Sequence record: SRR31156797_4857
DNA: 44,768 bases
Direction: 5' to 3' (one strand)
Shown: piece after piece, positions 9,852 through 19,478 of the stretch
How positions within the stretch are numbered: the first letter of the stretch is position 1
Layout of the letters: each line of letters starts with the position of its first letter
Notes under the pieces: model-generated
Database searches by the model: none
Seen by the model: the letters and a program-made list of their open reading frames with translations, nothing else
Told to the model about the DNA's origin: nothing
Position numbers and translations under genes: made by a program

Positions 9852-12287
9852 TTATTTGTTTTGTTGCAATTGGAGGATGGCAATTTCTTCAGTGGCAAGC
9901 TTTTTCCATAAGGGGTCTACTCCTTTTTCGGTAATTTGCGTAAACCTGTTAAGTGCTTGTTGAATATTACCTTTTTCAACGGCAATCTGGGCGAGCCGGA
10001 ACCTGGCTTGGTCGTTGGTTATTTCTTTTTTTATGACTTGCTCAAACAGTGGCTCTGCCTTAGTGGCCTGATCCGTCTGGAAATAAGACTCCGCCAGCAT
10101 CATGATTCTCTGTGTGGCGTCATTTTTTCCTTGAGTAATGTCGACCGTCTCGAAGTGTTGAATTATATTCTGCCATTGTTCCAGGTCGTAATAGATGCTG
10201 AGGGCTAATTGGTCTATATCGTTTGAAAAAGGTCTGTTTTGGTTCTGGAGAAGGGAGGCCGCTTTATCGACTTCGCCATTCCTGAGCAGGGCTTTTAGGC
10301 GGAGATGAAATATTTCCGGGGCAAGAGAGCTTTCAGGGTATCTGAAACTGAATCGGTCAGCATAGTCTTCGATGATAGTGTATTGCCCATCCTGGAAAAG
10401 TGATTTAATGAGCGGCAGGTATACCTTTTCCTGCTCGTCACCGCTGGTGGTTTCAAAAAGGTACTGGTAGGTACGGGCTGATCGGTCAAAAAAACCAAGA
10501 TTACTGTAGGCGGTCGCGAGATTGTAGAGCATGGTGTTTGGGATCCAGCCGCGAGTGAAAAGCCTTCTGTTTTTTTGGGCAAGGACCAGTGCCTCTATGT
10601 ATCGTTTATCTTGAACAAGCTTTGCTGTCATATCCGGAAGTTGTTGGATAATGAGAGCCTGAGCTTCAACCCGCAGCGCTCCTGATTGAAATTCTCGCAG
10701 CAATAGCATTGCTTTTTTCAATGCTGACTCAGGGTCGCCTTTAAGCAGATGGACAAGGGCCTGTTTAAAGGCCGCTTCCTCGCGCAGAGAAATGGTGTTT
10801 GCTGTGGTCGATAGTTTTGAATATGTGTCCAATGCTTTAGTTGGGGTGAGTTTGCCGGAAAGGTAATCAAGGTCTGCCTGCTTCATCTCTGTTCTAAAAG
10901 TACCTTCGGTTCCTGTAAAAGCTTCTAAGACCTGGGATAGTTTTTGTTCAGTTTGCTGTTGAGGAGCTCCCGCATGCATATTGCTCATGGCTGTTCGAAA
11001 CAAAGCAAGATCATATTTACTCTTACCGTTTAATAGCTCAGCGAGTCTCTGGTAGGATAATTCTGCCTGTTTAAATCGTTTAAAGGTGTAGAGAGCGTCG
11101 CTAAATCTTGCAAGGGATTCTGGATAGTTATCCAGGACAGGTAAGAGGTCTTGGAGCTGGAGGTAGGCGACCAGAGCTTTTATCTTTTCGTCTTCAAGGT
11201 AGTCAGCGTCTGCCAGGCGCATGAGACGAAGTGCATTCGCAACTTCACTAAACCCTATATCGTTCCGGGTCAATTGCTGCCTTGCTTGGTCAATTCTGTT
11301 ATTTTTAAATGCAGCCTCTGCCAGGAGTATGCTGAAATAGTCATTAAAGGGGGGGGGTGAACCAATACGGCCAATGGCTGTGCTTATTTCCTGATACCCA
11401 AGGAAGTCTTCTTCATGTTTGTTGCGTAGATAGGCGAAAAGAAAATCAGCGACAGCAGCAGTCTGGGTATCGGGGTAGCGAAGAATGATTTTTTGCAGCA
11501 AGGGATATGCTTCTTTGTACAGATCAGACCGAACAAGAGATTCCGCATAGGTCAAAAGGAGGATGTCTCGAAGATTTTCGTCTGTTTCATTTTCAAGCTG
11601 CTCCAGGATTAGTTGATTAACGAGGCTCCAGTCACCTGTTGATGCATTGTTAAGAATTGGTGCGGCCAGCCATTCAGTTTGGGGTAGTCCTTTGAGGAGT
11701 ATAGCTGTAAGCGGGAAAGGGGGCAGTGTGTATGTTGTTGGTAGGGTTATTTGTATAGGCGACTCGTATTCATTGAAAAACGCGCGCCACTTATTTGTAT
11801 ATGGAGAGAGGTGAATAGGGTTGGTGAAGTCTATAGTGTCCCTGGTGAGGAGAGTAAGTCCCTGGAATTTTGTGGACAGGTCTGGGTACATGGAAGTGAA
11901 TTGATTGCCAAGCAGGATGTCAAGCATGAGCGAGGCCGGATCCGGCCGCTTCTTTTCGCTTATTTTTTGCGGAGGATAGCGAAAGAAGAAAGAAAGGATT
12001 GTGTCCTTTCCTTGCTTTTGCGTGAGTATTTTAATGATTCTTTCATCGTCTCCAGGTAGTTCCAAGTCAGCATCAGGTGCTGTGTCTTTAAGAAGAAGGT
12101 CAATTCGTTTCTGGCGTTGATTCACCTCATATTCAGGCAATTCAGTAAAGCGAAGATAGAGCTGCAGACTTGAGGTTTCATCAGTCCTGTTTATTGCTGT
12201 CAACAGTGGCGATGCCTCTACCTGAGAAGGATAGATGCTAAAAAGGTGTTGAGTGATTATAAAAAAAAGTATGAATAAATATTGCAT
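9852..12287 (-). CDS. Exported tetratricopeptide-repeat protein, first gene of the flagellar operon
   Basis: N-terminal signal-like segment, many TPR-like helix pairs (LAESYFQ, ARFRLAQIAVEKG); ends 17 nt before flgB. Confidence 0.8.
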   Translation of the reverse strand: MQYLFILFFIITQHLFSIYPSQVEASPLLTAINRTDETSSLQLYLRFTELPEYEVNQRQKRIDLLLKDTAPDADLELPGDDERIIKILTQKQGKDTILSFFFRYPPQKISEKKRPDPASLMLDILLGNQFTSMYPDLSTKFQGLTLLTRDTIDFTNPIHLSPYTNKWRAFFNEYESPIQITLPTTYTLPPFPLTAILLKGLPQTEWLAAPILNNASTGDWSLVNQLILEQLENETDENLRDILLLTYAESLVRSDLYKEAYPLLQKIILRYPDTQTAAVADFLFAYLRNKHEEDFLGYQEISTAIGRIGSPPPFNDYFSILLAEAAFKNNRIDQARQQLTRNDIGFSEVANALRLMRLADADYLEDEKIKALVAYLQLQDLLPVLDNYPESLARFSDALYTFKRFKQAELSYQRLAELLNGKSKYDLALFRTAMSNMHAGAPQQQTEQKLSQVLEAFTGTEGTFRTEMKQADLDYLSGKLTPTKALDTYSKLSTTANTISLREEAAFKQALVHLLKGDPESALKKAMLLLREFQSGALRVEAQALIIQQLPDMTAKLVQDKRYIEALVLAQKNRRLFTRGWIPNTMLYNLATAYSNLGFFDRSARTYQYLFETTSGDEQEKVYLPLIKSLFQDGQYTIIEDYADRFSFRYPESSLAPEIFHLRLKALLRNGEVDKAASLLQNQNRPFSNDIDQLALSIYYDLEQWQNIIQHFETVDITQGKNDATQRIMMLAESYFQTDQATKAEPLFEQVIKKEITNDQARFRLAQIAVEKGNIQQALNRFTQITEKGVDPLWKKLATEEIAILQLQQNK

Positions 12288-12323
12288 AAAAGAAAGCAGT
12301 GAGTTGAGTTTATATAATGCGAA

Positions 12324-12338
12324 GCAATAAGCATTCCA
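12324..12338 (-). promoter_or_regulatory. sigma54 (-24/-12) promoter of the TPR-flgB operon
   Basis: Minus strand TGGAATGCTTATTGC = GG-N10-GC with TTGC, about 37 nt upstream of the start codon. Confidence 0.7.
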
Positions 12339-12472
12339 TTACTGTCGGTATAGTAAAGAGCATCAGTGTTACCGTCACTGCTGTTATCTAACTTTACACC
12401 CTGTGGTTATTTTATAACCAGGCGGTATTTTATTTATAATCAATACAAAAGGGGTGAGGTGAGTTGGGTTGG

Positions 12473-12486
12473 GACATTTTTTTGAC
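12473..12486. promoter_or_regulatory. Candidate FleQ-type enhancer box
   Basis: GACATTTTTTTGAC, near GTCA-N6-TGAC, ~135-150 bp upstream of the sigma54 promoter. Confidence 0.4.
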
Positions 12487-12633
12487 TTTTGTTTTTTTTT
12501 AGGTAACCTGCAGTGAACAAACAGTGGCTTCGTTTGCCGTGCGGTGTCGTTATAAAAGATATTGCGAATAGAGTTACTTAAGTCAACCTCTCCTGTCCGG
12601 GGTACTATACTATTTTAACAAGGTGTCAAAAGC

Positions 12634-14433
12634 GTGAAAATCAGGAAAGAAGATTACGGTGTTCTTAGGCTGTTTTTACAGGAAATCTATACTATGGCCT
12701 CTGAGGTAGAGCCTTTTGTGCTGGCACTGATAGAAGATCCTGAACGCCGGGAGATAGAAGATAAAGTTATAAATGGCAGCTATCTCCTTTTTCATTCAAT
12801 AAAAGGGACTGGTAGTTTCCTTCATTTAAATAACATTGTCTGTTTGGCTGAGGCATATGAGGATATGCTTGACCAGGTACGCTCTGGTTTGCTTATCCTT
12901 CAACCTTCATTGGCTAAACTTCTTGCTCAAGGACTAAACTTACTGCAACAAAATTTGAGTGTGATATGGAAGGATAAAAGTGATGTGCGATTGGCCAGTG
13001 AGATGAAGCAGCTTTCCTCCGCTGTGGTACAGGTTGCGCGATTGAGTCATGGCTTTCCAGAAAGTACTCCAGTAGAATCCATCTCCTCGTCGCAGAAGCA
13101 ATTGCTGGAAACTTTTAGAGAAGAAACCCGTGGTTTACTGGAAATTTCTGAGCAGGAGTTTATTCTTTGGGACTATGTTGCTGTTGATACTGAGCGAGTA
13201 GATGATCTTTGTAAAATGATTGGTCTTCTAAAAAGCAATTATGAAATGTTTGGCCTCCAGGACTTGGAGCGCATTTGCCAAGCCATGGAGGCTACTTTGG
13301 TTCGTTTTATTGACGGGGATTTCTTTCAGGGATCTTATCCTGAGCAGGTCTTTATTCGTACTATAGATACGCTGCGTGAGGCAACAGATCGTTTTCTGGT
13401 TTACGGGGAGGCGGATATTGCCAACGTTGATAAACACCTGCGTGCCCTGCAGGGATTGATTCGTCTGCCGATAGGTGAATTATTGGTTCAGGCAGGATTG
13501 GTAGCTACTCATACAATCGAGGAGGCGCTTGAAAAACAGAAGACCGTACAATCGGAACATCCCCGTCGTCTTGGAGAGGTGCTGGTCGAAATGGGCGAAA
13601 TTACCGAAGGCGACATCGATCAGATGCTTGGTATACAACATCAGGAACGTGTGGAAACCAACGAGTTAAATGAACAACTGGCTGATGAAACAACAGATCC
13701 CAACAGGGGCGAAGCGTTAGATGTGTTACCCGCAGAATTCACCATTGACCGGAAAATAGTTCATAAAATGAGTGAATTGGTAAGCATGCTGGCCGGGGAA
13801 TACAGTGACCAAGAGACAATGCCGGAGGCACTGGTTGAGCTGGAAGGGGTGTGCCGAGCATTACAAAAAATTCCTATAAGTGTAATAATCCCCAAATTAA
13901 AAAGAGTGGTGCACGATCTGGCCGTCAAAACCAATATAAAAGTGTACTTTGCTGTAAAATGCGCCAGTTGTGAAGTGGATGGTGAAATCATAACTGAACT
14001 GTATGAGCCATTGGTAGAATTGCTTAAAAATGGAATTGAACATGGCCTGGAAACAGCAGCCGAAAGTAAGGGAAATGATAAGAAAGGGAAGGGTAGGTTG
14101 AGGTTGCTTTTTTTGAAAAAGGGCAATGAATTGTGGGTGAGCATAGAGGATGATGGACGTGGTTTCGATGTTGATCGACTTGCTGAAATTGCAATGCAGT
14201 ATGGTGTGGTGCAAGCTGAAGAACAGCAAGTTTTAAGCAATAGTGATGTAGTAAAACTTGTTATAAAAGAGGGGCTCAGCACCAAAACGCAAACCTCCGG
14301 GGTTTTGAGGGGTGAATTGGGGTTAGAGGTCGTAAAAAAAGGACTGGAAAGACTGCAGGGAAAGGTAGATATTCTTTCTTTGCCTGGCAAGGGAACTCGA
14401 GTTACCTTGCACATACCATGTAAAGCCCATTAA
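12634..14433 (+). CDS. CheA-like histidine kinase: Hpt + degenerate Hpt + MshEN motif pair + HATPase, no CheW (P5) domain
   Basis: FHSIKG Hpt (H54); PIGELLVQAGLV..IEEALEKQ and RLGEVLVEMGEI..IDQMLGIQ; LKNGIEHG N box, IEDDGRG G1, GKGTRVTLHIP then stop. Confidence 0.85.
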   Translation: MKIRKEDYGVLRLFLQEIYTMASEVEPFVLALIEDPERREIEDKVINGSYLLFHSIKGTGSFLHLNNIVCLAEAYEDMLDQVRSGLLILQPSLAKLLAQGLNLLQQNLSVIWKDKSDVRLASEMKQLSSAVVQVARLSHGFPESTPVESISSSQKQLLETFREETRGLLEISEQEFILWDYVAVDTERVDDLCKMIGLLKSNYEMFGLQDLERICQAMEATLVRFIDGDFFQGSYPEQVFIRTIDTLREATDRFLVYGEADIANVDKHLRALQGLIRLPIGELLVQAGLVATHTIEEALEKQKTVQSEHPRRLGEVLVEMGEITEGDIDQMLGIQHQERVETNELNEQLADETTDPNRGEALDVLPAEFTIDRKIVHKMSELVSMLAGEYSDQETMPEALVELEGVCRALQKIPISVIIPKLKRVVHDLAVKTNIKVYFAVKCASCEVDGEIITELYEPLVELLKNGIEHGLETAAESKGNDKKGKGRLRLLFLKKGNELWVSIEDDGRGFDVDRLAEIAMQYGVVQAEEQQVLSNSDVVKLVIKEGLSTKTQTSGVLRGELGLEVVKKGLERLQGKVDILSLPGKGTRVTLHIPCKAH

Positions 14434-14563
14434 GCATCTGCAGCTGACCCTTTTACTTTACTTGTTTTTAATATTTGGTTTCCTTGTTTGGCGTTGTTCG
14501 TTCGAGCAGATGTAGTTTTAAGTGAAAAAAAACAATATTTGCCGCAAGGTTGGTTAAGAAAAC

Positions 14564-14593
14564 TTGATTTCCTTGATTTCGACTTGATATGAT
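14564..14593 (+). promoter_or_regulatory. Putative sigma70 promoter for cheY-cheX-cheX
   Basis: TTGATT-N18-TATGAT with TGn extension; CTTGAT occurs three times (14563, 14572, 14583). Confidence 0.4.
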
Positions 14594-14733
14594 AGGGGAC
14601 ATGCAGATTGTGTCTGGTCAGAAGTATCGGACTTAAATCCCATTTATGGGAGGCATTAAATAGCTTTTGGTTATCCAATCACTGACAGTAGGGTTGGTTT
14701 TATTATTGAGTACTTCTTTTGGAGAAACAAACG

Positions 14734-15105
14734 ATGGCAAAAAATATTTTACTTGTAGACGATTCAAGCACAATGCGGAAAATTATCAGTCGTTCTTTGC
14801 GTCAAGCCGGACTGGACTTTGGAGAGATATTTGAAGCCAGTGATGGGTTGGAAGCCCTGGATATGCTGGAAAAAGAAAATGTTGATATTGTGCTCAGCGA
14901 CATCAATATGCCAAATATGAACGGGATTGAATTTTTAAGGGAAAAAGCCACTCGTGATGCCATAAAAGATATTCCTGTATTTATGATTTCCACAGAGACT
15001 GGTGAGGATATCATTGGCGAAGCCAAGAGTTTAGGTGCCGCTGGAGCATTGAAAAAACCATTTACACCTGACAAAGTAAGCGAAGTCCTGGGGCCATTGG
15101 TTTAA
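14734..15105 (+). CDS. cheY: CheY-like single-domain response regulator
   Basis: ILLVDDS, LSDINMPNMNG, ST, KKPFT; ATG 14734 follows GGAG. Confidence 0.88.
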   Translation: MAKNILLVDDSSTMRKIISRSLRQAGLDFGEIFEASDGLEALDMLEKENVDIVLSDINMPNMNGIEFLREKATRDAIKDIPVFMISTETGEDIIGEAKSLGAAGALKKPFTPDKVSEVLGPLV

Positions 15106-15177
15106 GCAACCCCTTGTTGTTTACAGGTAAAAGACTTGAACTGTTAAGGTTCTAATTGAATAGACAGGAGGGGTTCG

Positions 15178-15651
15178 GTGGATATTTCGGGTGAAATAGC
15201 AGAGAAGATTGTTGCGTCGACAAACGAAATTTTTACAGGGATGGTTATGATGGAGATAGAAGCCGTCGGCCCTCCTGCGAAACCGCTGGGGCAGTTGAAA
15301 AATTCTATAACAGGCCTGATAGGTCTAGCGGGTACCTTTAAAGGGGTCTTGGCTGTACATTTTCCAAATACTGTTGCCATGGCGGTTACAGGCAGCTTTC
15401 TCGGGCTTGGTGTCGAAGAGATTAATGATGATGTACATGATGCTGTCGGTGAGATTGCAAATATGCTGGGAGGCGACTTAAAGACAATACTCTCTGATAA
15501 AGGAAAGGATATTCAACTTTCACTCCCTTCAACCATAGGTGGAGAGGAATATTTTTTTAATTCCAGAGAATCGGGAGAGCAGTTGATCCTGGCCTTTAAA
15601 GTACCTGCAGGTGAGTTTTTTGTTGAAATTGAACTGGAAAGTAATCAATAA
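15178..15651 (+). CDS. cheX: CheX-family phosphatase
   Basis: ITGLIGLAG, DAVGEIANMLGG (ExxN), LSLPSTI; GTG start after AGGAGG. Confidence 0.9.
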   Translation: MDISGEIAEKIVASTNEIFTGMVMMEIEAVGPPAKPLGQLKNSITGLIGLAGTFKGVLAVHFPNTVAMAVTGSFLGLGVEEINDDVHDAVGEIANMLGGDLKTILSDKGKDIQLSLPSTIGGEEYFFNSRESGEQLILAFKVPAGEFFVEIELESNQ

Positions 15652-15681
15652 TTTTGTTTAAATTTTACCACAAAAAAGAGA

Positions 15682-16146
15682 TTGGAATCTGATTTAGAGA
15701 AATTCATTATTGAGACCACCATTGAAATTTTCGAAACCATGGTTTTTATGGAGTTGCAACCTGGGCAAAAGCACAAGGGCTGCAACATCGACATGGGAGC
15801 TGATCTTGCCAGTTGTATAGGGCTGGCTGGTGATATTCGAGGCTTGATTGGTGTACATTGTCCACTTGGTGTGGCAACGGGCATTACTGGTGCCATGCTG
15901 GGTATGGAGTTTGATGGAATAAATGATGATGTCAAGGATGCCATTGGTGAGATTGCCAATATGATAGCTGGTGGGGTGAAAGTCGGGCTTGCTGGTAATA
16001 ATAAAGAAATTCAGTTGGCTGTTCCGACCACCGTTTGTGGCAAATCCCTACGAATAGGTGGTCCCGCTAGAGGGTCTAGCTTGGTGATTCCCTTTACTGT
16101 GGATCCCGGCACTTTTTATGTTGAAATGCGCTATATGCTTTCCTGA
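15682..16146 (+). CDS. cheX: CheX-family phosphatase (second copy)
   Basis: IGLAGDIRG, DAIGEIANMIAGG, LAVPTTV; TTG start. Confidence 0.88.
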   Translation: MESDLEKFIIETTIEIFETMVFMELQPGQKHKGCNIDMGADLASCIGLAGDIRGLIGVHCPLGVATGITGAMLGMEFDGINDDVKDAIGEIANMIAGGVKVGLAGNNKEIQLAVPTTVCGKSLRIGGPARGSSLVIPFTVDPGTFYVEMRYMLS

Positions 16147-16388
16147 CTTGCCCCAAAATTTTTTTATTTATCTGTGATTGCTTGTTTTTTATAAATTATT
16201 CACAAGGAACAGTCGAAATAAATAGAAACCAGAGTTTGCCTGCGTCGTCATGTCAGTGCAGTGATGTCACGCTGCAGTACTTTTTGCTTCTTATGCCCAT
16301 CATTTTTAGTTTTCGTAATGATTTTTAACAAGCAGCCCTTTTAAATTTAAGACAGCCCCTAGGTTGCCTAACCGGTACGATCAGATTT

Positions 16389-18227
16389 ATGAAAGCCAGA
16401 GAGCGTATTGATAAAATAATGATGTCCTGCAAGGAGCGAATGCAGGAGGAAGTTTCCGCATTATTGGGGAAAAGTCTCAGGTTAGGTGATCTGCAAGCAG
16501 ATGTTAAGACGAAAGAGGTTTTTTTTGAGGAGCCTGCCGGCAAGCATGTACTAGCCCATATGCAGCTTCAGGGTGATTTGGAAGGAGACGGGGCTATACT
16601 TGTGTCTCTAAAGGATGCTATTCGAATCGGCGGCTCACTGATAATGTTGCCCGATTCCGAATTGCAGACTGTTGTTTTCGATGAAAATTACACCGAGGAA
16701 TTAGAGGATTCGTACGGTGAGATTGCTAATATCATCTGCGGTGCCATCACCTCAACTCTTGACGATATGCATCCCAAGAGTTTCAGGGTGGTCCGAACCG
16801 AGCAAGAGGTCATTCTGCCTGTTAAGGTGGATGTTGCCTCTGATCAGCCTTTCCCTGACGGTCATTATTATACATGCTCCATTCCCATGGCAATGGATAA
16901 TGCGGAAATGGGGCAGTTGTATTTGGTTTTACCTGCTGCTCCGCTTGGGCTGGTCGAAGATGCGGCAAGTGAGTCACCATCTGTATCAAAAGAGCCTGAA
17001 ACGGAGACACCAACACCAGCCAGGACTTCTGAACAAAAAAATGAAGCTGATGCCCCTCAGGGGGAGGTGCTTTCAGCGACAAGAGCGGGCTCAGCTGGAG
17101 ATCCTGTTAAAGTAAGAAAAGAGGCCGAAAAGAAACAGAAGCTTGTAGATAGATTGCTGCAGGAGTGTTTTGATAAAATAGGCGAAGAAGTAGGTGCGCT
17201 CATTGGAAATAAGCTTACCGTTGGTAAGCTAAAGGCCGGCCTCTTTTCTAAAGAGGAGTTGCTGGAGCATCTTGGTGGCAAGCAGGTGATGGCCCGCTTG
17301 GATGTCAGAGGTGACGATGGTGGCGAAGCTTTTATGTTCGCCCGAGTTTCTACAGCCGCATATCTTGGAGGCAGTCTTATCATGCTTCCTGAAAGTGAGT
17401 TGAAAGAGTCTGCCGCCAACGAAGAACTGGGAGAAGATGCTCAGGATGCATATGAAGAAATCACCAACATCGTTGCCGGTGTTTACACTGCTGTTTTTGA
17501 AGAGCAGCACCAGAAGAAAATTGGTTTTGTAAAGACCTCCACAGAAACCGTTATCCCTATTAAAATTGATCCGGATAGCGACGAGACACTTCCCAATCAT
17601 TTGTATTATCTTGCCTTTGGGGAGATCGAATTTAGTGGTCAAGATCTTGGGCTTTTTTATGTTGCTTTTCCTGCAGCGCTGTTTGAGCTGGAAGGGATAG
17701 CTGTAAAAGAATCTTCAACTGAGGAAATAAGACATGTTGCAGAGGCTGCCAAAGAGGATAGCAGCGCTGAAGCAGTCGAGTACGAACGCACTCATGAGCA
17801 GACAGGGCAGGGGAACCCTGAAAAAGCAGGCGGGAACCTGGACGGTGAAGGTACCGTTGCTGCTGCTGATATATTACTTTTTAGTGATGATAATGATGAG
17901 AGTGCCAACGTTGAACAAGCTTTGCAACAGTTGGGTTATACTTACAAGACTCTTCATTTTAAAAGTTCGGTGAATAACTATCTGACAGGATCTGTCAGGT
18001 TGGTTTTCCTCATCATGAAAGAGATCAGTGAACAGGGGTTTGGGGTCGCCATTAAAATCAGCAGCGCAGGACGTCCAATCCCTCTCATTACAGCAGGCCC
18101 GGCATGGACGCGGACAATGGTTATCAAAGCCGTGAAATATGGGGCGGTTGATATTCTGATTACTCCTTCTACAGAAGAGGATATCAGGGAGAAGGTGAAA
18201 ATGAATCTGAGTAAAATTGCTGCTTGA
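16389..18227 (+). CDS. Tandem CheC/CheX-like domains plus C-terminal degenerate receiver domain
   Basis: Internal duplication (IGGSLIMLPDSEL / LGGSLIMLPESEL; DSYGEIANII / DAYEEITNIV); C-terminal ILLFSDD...KAVKYGAVDIL lacking the phospho-Asp and Lys. Confidence 0.75.
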   Translation: MKARERIDKIMMSCKERMQEEVSALLGKSLRLGDLQADVKTKEVFFEEPAGKHVLAHMQLQGDLEGDGAILVSLKDAIRIGGSLIMLPDSELQTVVFDENYTEELEDSYGEIANIICGAITSTLDDMHPKSFRVVRTEQEVILPVKVDVASDQPFPDGHYYTCSIPMAMDNAEMGQLYLVLPAAPLGLVEDAASESPSVSKEPETETPTPARTSEQKNEADAPQGEVLSATRAGSAGDPVKVRKEAEKKQKLVDRLLQECFDKIGEEVGALIGNKLTVGKLKAGLFSKEELLEHLGGKQVMARLDVRGDDGGEAFMFARVSTAAYLGGSLIMLPESELKESAANEELGEDAQDAYEEITNIVAGVYTAVFEEQHQKKIGFVKTSTETVIPIKIDPDSDETLPNHLYYLAFGEIEFSGQDLGLFYVAFPAALFELEGIAVKESSTEEIRHVAEAAKEDSSAEAVEYERTHEQTGQGNPEKAGGNLDGEGTVAAADILLFSDDNDESANVEQALQQLGYTYKTLHFKSSVNNYLTGSVRLVFLIMKEISEQGFGVAIKISSAGRPIPLITAGPAWTRTMVIKAVKYGAVDILITPSTEEDIREKVKMNLSKIAA

Positions 18228-18399
18228 ACCTGATTTTCCACCAATATTGCGTTAGCTAGCTCAATTGCCAGGAATTTTTCTGTTTTATGCGAAGTCAGAA
18301 CAATTATAGATCGAGGGTGAAGCGGGGGTATTTGGTATTCGCTGAAAAAGTTACCTCTATCTTTTCGTGATTTTCATGAGTAAACCAGACTGAGGTCTG

Positions 18400-19473
18400 T
18401 CAGGACTCCGTTTTTAGTTCCTTCTTTTTAATTTTTTCAAGCAGGGTCGTTCGTTTAAGGTTAAGGATACGAGCGGCTTCTTTTTTGTTACCTTCGGTCA
18501 TCTTTAAGGCCTGGACTATAAGCTGGGTCTCGAAATCATTGACCAGCGCATTGAAATCTATGCCTTCTTCCGGCCAGTTATCCTCTGGAAGCATCTGGGG
18601 CGACGTGGAAAAGAGCGGTAACTGTTCAGGCCCATTCATTTCCTTTTCCGTATGGCTGTCATCCTGTCCGGGTACAGCCTGTTGTGTTAGGTCATTGCTG
18701 CCGTTTCTGTATTTTTCAGGGAGATCGCTGTGGCTGACATTGCTACCGCAGTGGAGAATGGTCATGTGTTGGACCAGGTTTTCAAGCTCTCTAACATTTC
18801 CACGCCACATGAGGTTTGAAAGGGTCTGCATGGCGGCAAGGTCAAACCCAAGTACACTTTTTTTCCTTGTTTGTGCGTAATTTTTAATGAAGTGTTCAAT
18901 GAGAATCGGAATGTCCTCCCTTCTCGCCCTGAGCGGCGGAATAGCAACCGGAACGACACTGAGGCGATAGTAGAGGTCTTCTCGAAATTTGCCTTCATTG
19001 ACTAGTTCTTCAAGATTTCGGTGGGTGGCGGCAATCACACGAACGTTTACAGGAATGGGTTTCAATCCGCCTACCTGTTCAAATTCTCGCTCCTGGAGTA
19101 CTCGAAGGAGTTTGGCCTGTAAAACAGGTTTCATGTCACCAATTTCATCGAGAAAGAGTGATCCGCCATTGGCGTACTCGATTCTGCCTATCTTGGTGCC
19201 GGTTGCACCGGTGAATGCGCCCTTGGTGTATCCGAACAACTCACTTTCAAGTAAATCTTCGGGGATGGCAGCGCAATTGACAGGGACAAAGTTGTTGTCT
19301 TTTCTCGGGCTGTGCTTGTGAATAGCTTTGGCAACCAATTCTTTACCCGTACCTGACTCTCCTTGAATGAGAACAGTGCTCAGGTCGTCTTCGGCCAACA
19401 TGGCTATCAGCTTGAAAAGCTCCTGCATGCAGCTGCTTCTTCCAATGATGCCATAAAAATAATCTTTTGCCAT
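18400..19473 (-). CDS. sigma54-dependent activator (FleQ/FlrA-like) without N-terminal sensor domain
   Basis: [42 protein letters not shown], Fis-type HTH; AAA domain starts at residue ~8. Confidence 0.9.
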   Translation of the reverse strand: MAKDYFYGIIGRSSCMQELFKLIAMLAEDDLSTVLIQGESGTGKELVAKAIHKHSPRKDNNFVPVNCAAIPEDLLESELFGYTKGAFTGATGTKIGRIEYANGGSLFLDEIGDMKPVLQAKLLRVLQEREFEQVGGLKPIPVNVRVIAATHRNLEELVNEGKFREDLYYRLSVVPVAIPPLRARREDIPILIEHFIKNYAQTRKKSVLGFDLAAMQTLSNLMWRGNVRELENLVQHMTILHCGSNVSHSDLPEKYRNGSNDLTQQAVPGQDDSHTEKEMNGPEQLPLFSTSPQMLPEDNWPEEGIDFNALVNDFETQLIVQALKMTEGNKKEAARILNLKRTTLLEKIKKKELKTES

Positions 19474-19478
19474 GGTTT

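Noticed and set aside
14430-14678. 82-aa minus-strand ORF, or a frameshifted CheW domain after cheA
   Set aside because: No recognisable CheW-like sequence by eye; the region looks like an AT-rich promoter
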